DNA of 64,000 bases from Obrimoposthia wandeli (lineage: Eukaryota): assembly GCA_977020255.1 (NCBI GenBank), contig CDROCS010005135.1:186001-250000 (forward strand). Reading direction: 5' to 3'. Positions 30,466 to 40,906 of the stretch are shown piece by piece; position 1 is the stretch's first letter; each line of letters opens with the position of its first letter. The translations under genes were made by a program, and so were the position numbers. Under the pieces are notes generated by a model, which was not told the origin of the DNA, made no database searches, and saw only the letters and a program-made list of their open reading frames with translations.

Positions 30466-31119
30466 ATGAACTTATTTCTTTTAGATATAGATGGCACTTT
30501 GGTTGACTCTGAAGAAATTGATCAACATTGTTTAACGCTGGCAATTGAAGATGTTCTGGGTGTCTCTACTGATGGTAATTGGAGCCAATATCAAAAAGTA
30601 ACCGATTCTGGCATCATTGATGAAATTATATTAAAGAATAATATCAGTGAAAGTCGTTCGATTATTCATCGTAAAGTTGAAGCTCGCTACCTAGAACGTA
30701 TTCGTGAGTACATAAATAACAATCCGTCAGAAATGCATGAAATTAAAGGTGCAAAGAAGTTTATTGATCAAATGCAAGATCGTAAAGATACGTATATTGC
30801 GATTGCGACGGGAGCTTGGGAATCGGCAGCTAAATTAAAATTACAAGCGGTTGGCATTGATACATCTAAAATATCATTTACATCATCATCTGATGCGATG
30901 AGCCGTACCGAAATTATGGCACTTGCCGCATTTCGAGCAAAACAAGATACAGGTGAAACATTTGATCGTCGCGTGTTTTTTGGTGACGGTGAATGGAATA
31001 AAAATGCCACGCAAGAGCTCGGTTATGATTTTGTAGCTGTTGGTACAAGTGTTAAACACCATACTCAGATACCTAACTTTACGCATTACCAATCCGTTTT
31101 CTCACAATTATCATTGTAA
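30466..31119 (+). CDS. HAD-superfamily hydrolase
   Basis: LLDIDGTLVDS motif I, IATG motif II, and FFGDG motif IV. The start could be 30424. Confidence 0.88.
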   Translation: MNLFLLDIDGTLVDSEEIDQHCLTLAIEDVLGVSTDGNWSQYQKVTDSGIIDEIILKNNISESRSIIHRKVEARYLERIREYINNNPSEMHEIKGAKKFIDQMQDRKDTYIAIATGAWESAAKLKLQAVGIDTSKISFTSSSDAMSRTEIMALAAFRAKQDTGETFDRRVFFGDGEWNKNATQELGYDFVAVGTSVKHHTQIPNFTHYQSVFSQLSL

Positions 31120-31432
31120 AATGTTATTAACGAAAGATATTCTGAACGATGCTTATTTTATCTAAGTAAGTGTAATCATTTACCATCATCATGAGTGTTT
31201 ACGTATAAGTGATGATGGTAACTTGCCACTAACCTTCTGTATTTATTTTTCTATCTCGTATTAATCTGTGATGAAACTTATGAGCAACCTTCCTGCATTT
31301 TTGTGATTTTGAGTCTAATCTTGTAATGGTGCTAGTAAAACAAATTATTCACATATAAAAATGCAATAAATCTCGCTCATTTTTTGTTTGTGAGGAGAGG
31401 GCACTTTGCTATTTTTGCATTGGAGGCTATAG

Positions 31433-31843
31433 ATGAATAAAGAAGAATGGATTAAGAGTTGGTTTCATGAAGTCTGGGGGAAGGGAAACGCTCAGTTATT
31501 GGCTGAATGTGCGACTAATCCTTTTAATTTTCATACTTCAGGAGGGCGAAGCTTTTCGCTGACACATGAAGATTACCTTTCCTTTGTTGATATTTGGCAG
31601 CAACGTTTCAATAATGTTCGCTTCACTATTTCTCAAGTCATTACTGAAGAACATAAAACGGTTGTATTATACCAATGTGAAGCCACATATCATGGCGGTT
31701 GGATTAAGATACCAGGGAAAAATCAGAGCGTTAAAATGACAGGAATGGTGTTATTTAAAATGAAAGATGGGCTAATGACAGAGTGTTGGTTAGAAGACAG
31801 TAGCTTTGATTTATACCAGCAGCTGACGCGCTATTTGGAATGA
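31433..31843 (+). CDS. SnoaL-like/NTF2-fold ester cyclase family protein
   Basis: 136 aa with WFHEVWGKGN...ATYHGGW...GMVLFKMKDG...ECW pattern; GGAGG RBS. Confidence 0.75.
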   Translation: MNKEEWIKSWFHEVWGKGNAQLLAECATNPFNFHTSGGRSFSLTHEDYLSFVDIWQQRFNNVRFTISQVITEEHKTVVLYQCEATYHGGWIKIPGKNQSVKMTGMVLFKMKDGLMTECWLEDSSFDLYQQLTRYLE

Positions 31844-31937
31844 ATTAGCTATTACCATGAAGGTGAAGCACAAGAACTTCAGAACGGGTGAACACCAGAA
31901 AATATCTCGGCTTACCTTCATGATAGGGTGTGTAATA

Positions 31938-33317
31938 TTATAGAGTGCTTTGTGTTTTATGGACTGTTAGCGATCTTAATTGCTTAAAGTAAATATCAGT
32001 TTCTGAAATAACAACATGACGTAACAAAACTAAACCAATCAAGTTAGGTACAGCCATTAAGCCATTGACAATATCTGCAATTAGCCAAATCATATCCAGC
32101 TTTAAAAATGCGCCACTTGCCACTAATACTAAAAAGACAATTTTATAAGGTAGAATTGCTTTAACACCAAAAAGGTAAGTAATGCAGCGTTCGCCATAAT
32201 AGTTCCAACCAATAATGGTGGTAAATGCAAAGAACATCAGCCCTACAGATACCATCATTGGTCCCCAATACGCTGAATCTAAACCAGCAGCAAACGCATA
32301 GGTTGTCATTGCTGCACCAGCATAATCACTTTGCCATGCACCCGTAACAATAAGCGTAAGCCCTGTCATGGTACATATGATGATGGTATCAAAAAATGTA
32401 CCCGTCATTGATGTTAATCCCTGACGAACACATGAATCTGTTTTCGCAGCCGCGGCTGCAATCGGCGCACTACCCAATCCCGATTCATTTGAAAATACAC
32501 CACGAGCAATACCAGATTGTATCGCCAGCATGATACCCGCACCAGTAAACCCACCTGCTGCTGCATGACCAGTAAATGCAGAGCTAATCACTAAAGCAAC
32601 CGCGTCAGGCAAAGCGTGCATTTGAGTTGTTAATACCAGTAGGCAAGCCAAAATATATAAACCAGCCATTATAGGTACAACTTTACTTGCCACACTCGCA
32701 ATCGACTTTATTCCACCAAGCGTCACCGTTGCTACAAGTAATGTTAAAATCACAATGGTGTATTCTTTGGGTGCTTCAAAAGAAAGGTAAGCAGCATCAA
32801 CAATCGCATTTGCTTGTGGAAATGTACCAATACCAAAACATGCAACACCTAGGGCGAAAAAGGCAAAAAGTTTAGCCAGTGTTTTACTACCGACCCCTTT
32901 TTCTAGGTAATACATTGGGCCTCCGATCATTTGACCGTTAGCATCTTGTTCGCGATATTTTACAGCTAACAGACATTCTGCATATTTGGTCGCCATACCA
33001 AATAGGGCTGCTAGCCACATCCAGAATAGTGCGCCAGGTCCCCCCATTTTTATTGCTGTTGCAACGCCAACAATATTACCAGTACCAATCGTGGCGGAAA
33101 GGGCAGTGCAGAGTGCGGCAAAGCTTGATACATCACCTTCACCTTTTGTACGGTGTTTACTTGAAAACACATAGCTAAGTGCAAGAGGTAAGTAACGAAT
33201 TTGGATAAAACCAAGACGTATTGTTAGGTAAAGACCCGTACCAACTAATAAGATAAGTAGCGGTGGTCCCCAAACAAAGTTATCAATAACTTGAAGTGTA
33301 TTTTGTAGCGGATTCAT
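31938..33317 (-). CDS. Alanine/glycine:cation symporter (AGCS family)
   Basis: LSATIGTGNI, GGPGALFWMW, GGPMYY, RGVFSNESGLGS and GWNYYGE. Confidence 0.95.
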   Translation of the reverse strand: MNPLQNTLQVIDNFVWGPPLLILLVGTGLYLTIRLGFIQIRYLPLALSYVFSSKHRTKGEGDVSSFAALCTALSATIGTGNIVGVATAIKMGGPGALFWMWLAALFGMATKYAECLLAVKYREQDANGQMIGGPMYYLEKGVGSKTLAKLFAFFALGVACFGIGTFPQANAIVDAAYLSFEAPKEYTIVILTLLVATVTLGGIKSIASVASKVVPIMAGLYILACLLVLTTQMHALPDAVALVISSAFTGHAAAGGFTGAGIMLAIQSGIARGVFSNESGLGSAPIAAAAAKTDSCVRQGLTSMTGTFFDTIIICTMTGLTLIVTGAWQSDYAGAAMTTYAFAAGLDSAYWGPMMVSVGLMFFAFTTIIGWNYYGERCITYLFGVKAILPYKIVFLVLVASGAFLKLDMIWLIADIVNGLMAVPNLIGLVLLRHVVISETDIYFKQLRSLTVHKTQSTL

Positions 33318-33404
33318 TATTCCTCCTTTTAAATTTCAAAGGAAGAGACATAGAACAACAGAAACAAGTGTGTACAGAAATAGTTTCTGGGCTGTTGATC
33401 TTAT

Positions 33405-33695
33405 CTCCTCTGTCCTTTTGCCTGAGAGTTTCACTTTCCATGCATGTTAAAAACAGCAAAGGAAAGCTTGCTCCTTCGGCGCCCGATTTAACGGGTCTCT
33501 CCAGAGGCTCCTCCAATAACAGTCCATACCGGATACCTTATAAAAAGGTATGTGATCCAGTGCCTGAAAGATTAACGCCTTGTGTTTGAACAGTAACAAA
33601 CGGTTTAAGAACGCTTACTTCTTCGGCGGGCTTATACTCGTATCAGAATGATTCTGTTAGCGAATAAAGTGCCACTCTCCTGCTATCTTCATCGG
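33405..33695 (-). ncRNA. Tandem glycine riboswitch
   Basis: The minus strand reads GCAGGAGAG...CCGAAGAAGTAA...TCTTTCAGG...GGACTGT...GGAGGAGCCTCTGGAGAG...CGCCGAAGGAGCAA...ACTCTCAGGCAAAAGGACAGAGG: two aptamers upstream of an AGCS gene. Confidence 0.95.
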
Positions 33696-34273
33696 AACTC
33701 AATTTTTCAGCCGCAATAATAATGGATAAAAATGTGATTGTCTGCAAAAAAATGGAGTAAATAATCAAAAAAATGCGACATGTAAATGAACACACATATT
33801 CATTATAAGCATGAAGTTTACTATCTTGTGATAGTCACCAATATCATTATTTTGTCGTTATGATTTTTTTTTATCGTCATAAGAGAATAAAAAATTAATA
33901 GATGCTTTAAGTATAAAAAAGAGTCTTTATATTCTATTTTCGAGTGCAAATAAGAGGAGGTTTTCGCTATTTCAATACTGAAAGTAGTTGATGACTCAGT
34001 CAATAGCAGGGATCGAAATAATTATTTGTTAGAAATGAGACAGAATATCAGAACTGGATTTATTTGATTATTTAACCGTTAATTATTTATAAATAATAAA
34101 AAATATGACGACAGATTTGTTTGAAAAACGTATACATCATTAACAGGGAACGTCGATACAAAGCGTATTTATAAGTCATCTATATATGAATCGTGATGTG
34201 TAATTTGGCATGTTTATGCTCTAAGTTTGAGCTGAAATACATGACGTTATAACCCTAGCAATAAGGTGAGAAT

Positions 34274-34975
34274 GTGATTTGGGTTAGCTGTAATCATCAT
34301 AATAAACACATTGAAGCGAAAGAAAATCTAAAGCATTTTCATAGCGTTGTTGATGTATCTCCTTTTGAACTTTTGTCGACAATGACAGGGCATGAGTTGA
34401 TTTTTCTAGAAGTGAAAAACTCTAAATCAGAAGGATTTGAATTACTAAGGGCGGTTAAACAACGCCATGCAGCAACGAAAGTCGTTATTGTATATCATGA
34501 ACTTGATGCAGATTTAGCATTGAATGTGTTACGTGCGGGTGGGGATGATGTCATCAACGTGAATTCAAATCGGCAACAATTGGATGAGTGTTTTACCCGG
34601 CTTCATACTCACACGATAAATGTCGAAAGTAGCGGATATGAACAGCGTGAGTTATCTATTAAACCAGCTCTGATCATCATAGATCAAAATATAAGTGCGC
34701 CTTTGCGTGAAGAAGATCTTGCTAACGCTTGCCAATATTCACCTACTTACTTTTCACGTTTATTTCATAACGTCATGGGTGTAACCCTTAAACAGTACAT
34801 TATTAAAAAACGGCTGGATTTAGCCTGTGGTTTATTAACGTCTGATCGAGAGAAAATATCTTCGGTAGCCACTTCTGCGGGTTTTAAAGATGTTTCCTAT
34901 TTTTCTCGTGTATTTAAAAAACACATTGGTTGTTCACCGGGTGAATTCAGATTAAAAAAGCATGATATAAATTAA
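34274..34975 (+). CDS. AraC-family regulator with a degenerate receiver-like N-terminal domain
   Basis: C-terminal double HTH (YSPTYFSRLF...GFKDVSYFSRVFKKHIGCSPGEFR); the N-terminus follows the REC pattern. Confidence 0.85.
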   Translation: MIWVSCNHHNKHIEAKENLKHFHSVVDVSPFELLSTMTGHELIFLEVKNSKSEGFELLRAVKQRHAATKVVIVYHELDADLALNVLRAGGDDVINVNSNRQQLDECFTRLHTHTINVESSGYEQRELSIKPALIIIDQNISAPLREEDLANACQYSPTYFSRLFHNVMGVTLKQYIIKKRLDLACGLLTSDREKISSVATSAGFKDVSYFSRVFKKHIGCSPGEFRLKKHDIN

Positions 34976-35277
34976 TGGTATTGCAATGATATCGTTAATT
35001 TATATCATGAATAATGAGCATTTCATCTCCAGATATAACGTATGCTTATTTTACAATGTTATAAAGTTTTCTCTGCTTTAACCGATATATAAATTAATGT
35101 AGGAATAAAGAATTTTCTGGCTGTTTTTTAAGCAAATGGAAATTTTTTTCATTTTTATCTATATATAAAACAAAGCGCACATTATAATTTATACGCAAAG
35201 TAAATAATGGTATATACCTAATTTCAAATACAAACAGTGATTGGGTTTCTCATTGCATTCAGGAACAGCATCCGTTA

Positions 35278-36420
35278 ATGACTTCATTTCATGATATTTT
35301 AGGTACAAATCAAGATAGCCCTCAAAGTGATATAAAACGTCGCTATAAACATCTATCTAATCGTTCTCACCCAGATAAAGGCGGCTCTAAAGCATTGATG
35401 CAGCTTATTTCTGAAGCCTATAAATATGTTAGTGAAGGAAAGGGACAACAAGAAGCGTTTAACACTGCTTCTGTTCAAACGAAATCTGCTGAGAAGTACT
35501 TAAACCAGATTCACCGCCTTCAAAATGATTATCGTCACTTGAAAGAGGAAAGAGATACGCTCGTTAAGAAATTAGCCAGTGCTCAAAAAGAAGCTCAGCA
35601 AGCTTTTGCTGATAGCTCTATGCACATCCATAATATGAAGAACACAACCAGTAATGATGTAGGTAAACTACAAGAAGAGAACATTAGGTTAGCCCAATTA
35701 TTAGCGGAAGCAAGGCGAGAGTTAGCAGCGAAAAATCACTCTAATGGAGTATCTACGACCGAAAATAACACGGCTGATCCAACGGTACTGACAGCAAAAG
35801 TTGTCTCTCAAATTAGGTCGTTAGGCAACTTTAATACTAAGCGAGTAGGGTTAGCACTATTGTTGCCGATGATACTTGCTGTGCTATTGCTAAGTGCGGA
35901 TAAAGCGCCTTGGTTGGCAGTACTGGCATTATTCAACAATCAAGATGTAGAGCCTAATGCTATTGCTATCATCGTAGATGTGAACCCATTAGATGTAGTC
36001 AATAAATCTGAAGCGAATCAAGTTGATACAACGGTTGTTTTGGCTATAGAGCCAGCGCCTATCGCACGTATTCAAATAGACAAGGTTATTGGTCAGTGGC
36101 AGCTAAAGTTTTACGAGGATAGTCAGAAACCTTACATTGCTGTGCGCAGTGATAAAGGTTCTTATATTGTGAAAAGTTGTGACTCAGGCTTTGAATATTA
36201 TTTAAATGAAACGGTTAGATCGCGACGTTTGTCTGCAAACATGATTTTTGATCGTAAAGAACGCCACTTTATTGTTTATGATATTCCTTATGGTAAAGGA
36301 TCTTCTGCTGCAAATTGGTCTGATAGTAAAAGTGTACTCCTCAATGAAGAATACTTTTCAAATACGGGTTTTGCTGAAGCATTCGGTAGATTAAATAATG
36401 CGTGTGTTTCTTCCATCTGA
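35278..36420 (+). CDS. J-domain (DnaJ-like) membrane protein of unknown function
   Basis: N-terminal FHDILG...KRRYK...SHPDKGG...ISEAY J-domain, then a coiled-coil-like region, one hydrophobic helix and a C-terminal domain. Confidence 0.8.
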   Translation: MTSFHDILGTNQDSPQSDIKRRYKHLSNRSHPDKGGSKALMQLISEAYKYVSEGKGQQEAFNTASVQTKSAEKYLNQIHRLQNDYRHLKEERDTLVKKLASAQKEAQQAFADSSMHIHNMKNTTSNDVGKLQEENIRLAQLLAEARRELAAKNHSNGVSTTENNTADPTVLTAKVVSQIRSLGNFNTKRVGLALLLPMILAVLLLSADKAPWLAVLALFNNQDVEPNAIAIIVDVNPLDVVNKSEANQVDTTVVLAIEPAPIARIQIDKVIGQWQLKFYEDSQKPYIAVRSDKGSYIVKSCDSGFEYYLNETVRSRRLSANMIFDRKERHFIVYDIPYGKGSSAANWSDSKSVLLNEEYFSNTGFAEAFGRLNNACVSSI

Positions 36421-36477
36421 TGATCATTAAAGGAAGAATAAGAGGTGATAAAGCAAAAGCATAACCTCTTATTCTCC

Positions 36478-36512
36478 TGACTGTGACTGTGACTGTGACT
36501 GTGACTGTGACT
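36478..36512. repeat. Hexamer microsatellite (TGACTG)5 + TGACT
   Basis: Read directly from the sequence; follows the hairpin at 36436-36474. Confidence 0.95.
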
Positions 36513-36544
36513 ATTATTGTGATTGTAGCTAGCGCTGTTTATTT

Positions 36545-39500
36545 CTAACCCACGGTTACAGACTGGTTTTTATAAAGCGGTTTTTTATATACCGCCAGTC
36601 GAAACACTGCGGGTACAAAGTAAAACGAGATCATCGTTGTTAACAGTGTACCGCCAGCAATAGCGACCGCAAACGGAGGCCAGAAGCCACCTCCCGCTAA
36701 GATTAATGGCATGAACCCACCAATCGTTGTGATCGTTGTAGAGGTTATATGACGCGTACAGCTCATTACTGCTGCAAGAATTGCATCGCTATTACCGTTT
36801 ATCGCATCTGCATCGGCTTTTAGTTCAGCCAAGATGACGATAGCGGCATTAATGGCAAGGCCGACTAAACCAAGTAAACCAATAATAACGGTAAACCCAA
36901 AGGGATAGCTGAATGTCCAGACAGATAACAAGCCTAGCCCTGCGGCAAGTAACCCAACAGTAAAGATAATAAGACTTAAGCGGAATGAGTTAAACGAAAT
37001 CACAACCACCATCACAAGCAGTGTTACGACCATTGATAAGTTAGCCAGCAAGTTACTAACCGATTCATTTCGTTCTGCTGATTCGCCGCCCAATTCGATT
37101 CGATAACCTGCTGGAATTGTTTTTTGATATTCGGTGATATTGGCTTGAAAATGATCAAGCGCTGTTTGCGGTAGTACCCCTGCACGAATGTAACCTTCAA
37201 TAACATTCACACGTTGGCCGTTACGGCGTGGTATTGCGCCTCTACTGGGTGTTAAGGAAAGTTCAGCAAGGGCGGAAACGGGCAATCCAGTAAACACATC
37301 TTCAGAGATAACGGGTAAACGAAGGTTACTGAGGTGAGACATATTCTCACGATTTTCATCTTTAACACGCACCCTTATTGGAATTGATTCAGATGCTTCA
37401 ATAATATTACCACTGACTCTTCCGGTTAAAGAGGCTTGCAGTAAATTAGCGAATTTACTCAATGTTAAGCCACTTAATTGGCTCGCTTCTTCGTTAACGT
37501 TCACCCAAACTTTGGGTGTACCAGGCTGCAGGGTTTCACGGGTGTGAGTGACATAGGGCGTTTCTGTCATAATCAGGCGAATATCTTCACCAATTGATTT
37601 TAATGTGTCGAGATTAGCACCGTATAAGCGTACCTCGAGTGGTGCATTAAACGGAGGACCTTGCTCTAGTTTTCTGACTAAGATTTGTGCTTGAGGCAGC
37701 TCTATATCTAATTTGGCTTGTAAGTCAGGAATCATTGCATTAGCGGCTGAAAAATCTTTCGCTTTTACCATGGCCTGCGCAAAATAGGGTGCGCCTTTTT
37801 CACGTGCAGCCATGTTGTAATAGAACGAAGGAAAGTTGCCACCAACAAGCCAATTAACATTTTCGATGTCGTTATATTGCGCCAGAATATGATCAACCGA
37901 TTTTGTTGCTTCTGCTGTGGCAAAAATGCTGGCTTGCGGGGGAAGATATAACTTAATTTCAAACATATCACGGTCTGATGGTGGAAAGAATTGCTCTGTT
38001 AATTGTGAGGCACTCCAAAAGCCAGTAAGCGGTAAAACACACACTAACAATGCAGTGATTAGCGGGTGTTTAATCGCAATACGAACACTTTGTTCAAATC
38101 CCTTGCTTAGCCGAGGTAACTTGATACCGGTGTGATACCAGTGATGGTTATTTTCTCCTGATGGTAACCAACGTGATGCAAACCCTGCCACAATGGTGTG
38201 AGACACAATATAAGAACCCACTAGCGAGAACGATACGGTAATCGCAATTGCACCAACAAACTCGCCTGCAGGCCCTGGCATTAGAATAATAGGGGCGAAA
38301 GCTAAAACAGTGGTTAAGGTTGAACCAAGCAGTGGTACCCATAAATGATTCAATGCTTTCATCGCTGCGTCTAGTTTCTCGATACCTTGCTGACGATAAT
38401 GCTGAATAGTGTCGACCATCACAATCGCATTATCGACCATGATACCAAGGGCAACAATCAAGCCTGTTACCGACATTTGATTGATAGGTAACCCTGTAAA
38501 TTTCATCATTGCTAAGGTGAGCAAACTCGTTAGCGGTAACGAAAGAGCCACAATAATGGCTGAACGAACACCTAATGTTAGAAGCAAAACGATTAAGATG
38601 ATCGTGAAACCCATTAATAGACTTTGAGACAGATCGGATAAGCGGGTTTCAGTGTAACTTTGTTGTTCAAACAGGATATTGATTTTAACGTTACTTGGTA
38701 GTTCTTGCTGGAAAGCATCTAAGAAGGTATGCACACGGTTAGACCAGAGATCAACACGTAAATGCGGTTGCATACGTGTTGCTATAATAACGGCTGGCTG
38801 GCCTTGTACGATTGCCATCTCTGCGGGAGGAGAGGCTTGGAGGCGTTCTACATCGGCAATATCTTCTAAGCGAATAACATGGCCATTATCAGCAATTGTC
38901 ACTGGTACGCGGCGAATGCGATCTAAGGAATCGAGAGAATCAGATACTTCTAGTGCGAATCTATTGGTACCATTTACCAATTCTCCTGCTGAATTTTTTG
39001 CGTCGGCCCCGTTGATTGCTTCAGCAATTGATATTGCTGAACGACCTAATGCACTCGCGACAATAGGATCCATACTCACGAGTATTTCTTCATCAGGTAA
39101 ACCGTACTCATCGACAAACTCTGTTCCGCTAAGCGTGCGTAAGCGATTACCTAATTCAATACCATAACGTCGTAAAGTAAGAAGATCGGGTTCAGTATTA
39201 CCTTGCCAAGTGAGTGCCGTAATAATGGTGAAGGCATAAGCATGATCGGTATCTAAATCAGGGGCAGAAGTACCTTGAGGTAGTACAGGTACAACATCAG
39301 AGAGCTGATCTCGCGCTCGCGACCAAACGGGGTCTGAATCCATTACCTCGTCTTTCAGCTCGATTGTAATTACTGAGATACCAGGGCGAGATACTGATGA
39401 TAATGTTTTTATTTCATCAAGTTGGCGTAAGCTGGTTTCAATTTTCTCTGTCACTAATGCTTCCACACGCTCAGCTGTTGCGCCGGGATAATGTGTAACA

Positions 39501-39631
39501 ACACTGCCAATTCTATTTTTGATGATAGGATCTTCAGCACGAGGTAGTGCACTTAATGCTGAAAGACCACTCACAATCAGTAATGCAACAGCGAGAATGA
39601 GCAGCCGAGTATTACCAAGAATATGTTTCAT
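36545..39631 (-). CDS. RND efflux permease (AcrB/AcrD/AcrF family)
   Basis: 1028 aa; ALGIMVDNAIV, GLAINAAIV and WPPFAVAIAGG. Confidence 0.93.
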   Translation of the reverse strand: MKHILGNTRLLILAVALLIVSGLSALSALPRAEDPIIKNRIGSVVTHYPGATAERVEALVTEKIETSLRQLDEIKTLSSVSRPGISVITIELKDEVMDSDPVWSRARDQLSDVVPVLPQGTSAPDLDTDHAYAFTIITALTWQGNTEPDLLTLRRYGIELGNRLRTLSGTEFVDEYGLPDEEILVSMDPIVASALGRSAISIAEAINGADAKNSAGELVNGTNRFALEVSDSLDSLDRIRRVPVTIADNGHVIRLEDIADVERLQASPPAEMAIVQGQPAVIIATRMQPHLRVDLWSNRVHTFLDAFQQELPSNVKINILFEQQSYTETRLSDLSQSLLMGFTIILIVLLLTLGVRSAIIVALSLPLTSLLTLAMMKFTGLPINQMSVTGLIVALGIMVDNAIVMVDTIQHYRQQGIEKLDAAMKALNHLWVPLLGSTLTTVLAFAPIILMPGPAGEFVGAIAITVSFSLVGSYIVSHTIVAGFASRWLPSGENNHHWYHTGIKLPRLSKGFEQSVRIAIKHPLITALLVCVLPLTGFWSASQLTEQFFPPSDRDMFEIKLYLPPQASIFATAEATKSVDHILAQYNDIENVNWLVGGNFPSFYYNMAAREKGAPYFAQAMVKAKDFSAANAMIPDLQAKLDIELPQAQILVRKLEQGPPFNAPLEVRLYGANLDTLKSIGEDIRLIMTETPYVTHTRETLQPGTPKVWVNVNEEASQLSGLTLSKFANLLQASLTGRVSGNIIEASESIPIRVRVKDENRENMSHLSNLRLPVISEDVFTGLPVSALAELSLTPSRGAIPRRNGQRVNVIEGYIRAGVLPQTALDHFQANITEYQKTIPAGYRIELGGESAERNESVSNLLANLSMVVTLLVMVVVISFNSFRLSLIIFTVGLLAAGLGLLSVWTFSYPFGFTVIIGLLGLVGLAINAAIVILAELKADADAINGNSDAILAAVMSCTRHITSTTITTIGGFMPLILAGGGFWPPFAVAIAGGTLLTTMISFYFVPAVFRLAVYKKPLYKNQSVTVG

Positions 39632-39633
39632 TC

Positions 39634-40875
39634 TTAAACCTCGCTATCAATCAGTGGGAGTGGAAGCTTTTTTGGCAGCCAGCTCTTTTTAGATATAACG
39701 ACAGTTTGCCCTGGTACTAAACGGTGTAACCCATCAGACACTAATTTTTCACCGGCATTCACCGCACCGCTGATATATGCTTGTTTTCCATTTGCATACA
39801 AAACTTGTACAGAACGTCGTTCAACGCGAAGTGTTTTTTTCGAACTTTCTAATGCATTGTTTTCATCTGCTGACTTTTCATTGAGAACATACACATTCCA
39901 TACGCCCCTAAGCCCATCGGTCATTGCTGAAAGTGGCACCCAGTACCCATTATCTTCGTGTTTGTCGTCGAGCTGTAAATAGGCTAATTCACCATCGATA
40001 GCAGTAACAGAGTCAGGTAGCTCGAAACGAAGGGTAATCGATCGAGAATTCAGATTTACACTGGCGCCAGGGTTTAATAGTGTTGTGGTATATTCTTTAT
40101 CGCCAATACGTAGAATCCATTGTTTCTTACCATCGGTATTCGTTTTTGTATTTGCAGCATTCTCAGTGTTTGTATCAGAAGATTGAGAGAGTTGGTTAAT
40201 ACGAAGAAGTTGCTTAGCTGGAATTCCTACATGTGCTTCTTTACGATTACTGGCAAGTAATGTAAGGGTAGGAGCCCCCGTATTCACCACATCACCTTTA
40301 GAGATGTAACGTGCACTAATGGTACCGTTATAAGGGGCGTAAATCGTTGATTTTTCTTGTTGTAATCGATTCGCCGCCAAGGTAGCCCCCACTTGACGAT
40401 AGTTTGCCCGTAAAGCATTACGTTGGCTGTTCAAGTTATCGATTTCAGATTCAGCACTGAATCCTTTTTTCTTGAGAGTATTTTGACGTTTTAGGTTCGC
40501 ATTAACCAACTCTAGTTGGGCGGTAATCTGTGCTTGCTGTGCGGTTAACTGATCGGCAGATGTTTTTAACAGCTGAGTATCTAATACTATGAGTGGATCG
40601 CCTTCTTTAATTTTGTCGCCAACATCAACAAAAATCTGCGCTATTTTCCCACCGAGCTCAAAACCTAAATTGGATTGCTGACCTGCCTGAACAATGCCTA
40701 CGTATTCACGAGTAACCATATAATGATCTGATGGTGTTAACGTCATGGCGTTAACACTGGCGATATGTAGCTGCTCTGCTTGTACTTCTGGTTCAGAGCT
40801 CGAACTGTTACAGCCACCAAGTAATGCTGCAAGTATCAGTACGTGTAATGTATATCGCGATGATATCCGTGGCAT
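39634..40875 (-). CDS. RND periplasmic adaptor (MFP), lipoprotein
   Basis: LGGC lipobox, GFELGGKI, IYAPYNG and GLHRLVPGQ. Confidence 0.92.
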   Translation of the reverse strand: MPRISSRYTLHVLILAALLGGCNSSSSEPEVQAEQLHIASVNAMTLTPSDHYMVTREYVGIVQAGQQSNLGFELGGKIAQIFVDVGDKIKEGDPLIVLDTQLLKTSADQLTAQQAQITAQLELVNANLKRQNTLKKKGFSAESEIDNLNSQRNALRANYRQVGATLAANRLQQEKSTIYAPYNGTISARYISKGDVVNTGAPTLTLLASNRKEAHVGIPAKQLLRINQLSQSSDTNTENAANTKTNTDGKKQWILRIGDKEYTTTLLNPGASVNLNSRSITLRFELPDSVTAIDGELAYLQLDDKHEDNGYWVPLSAMTDGLRGVWNVYVLNEKSADENNALESSKKTLRVERRSVQVLYANGKQAYISGAVNAGEKLVSDGLHRLVPGQTVVISKKSWLPKKLPLPLIDSEV

Positions 40876-40906
40876 GGTAATTTTTCCTAATTGGGATTAC
40901 TCTAAA

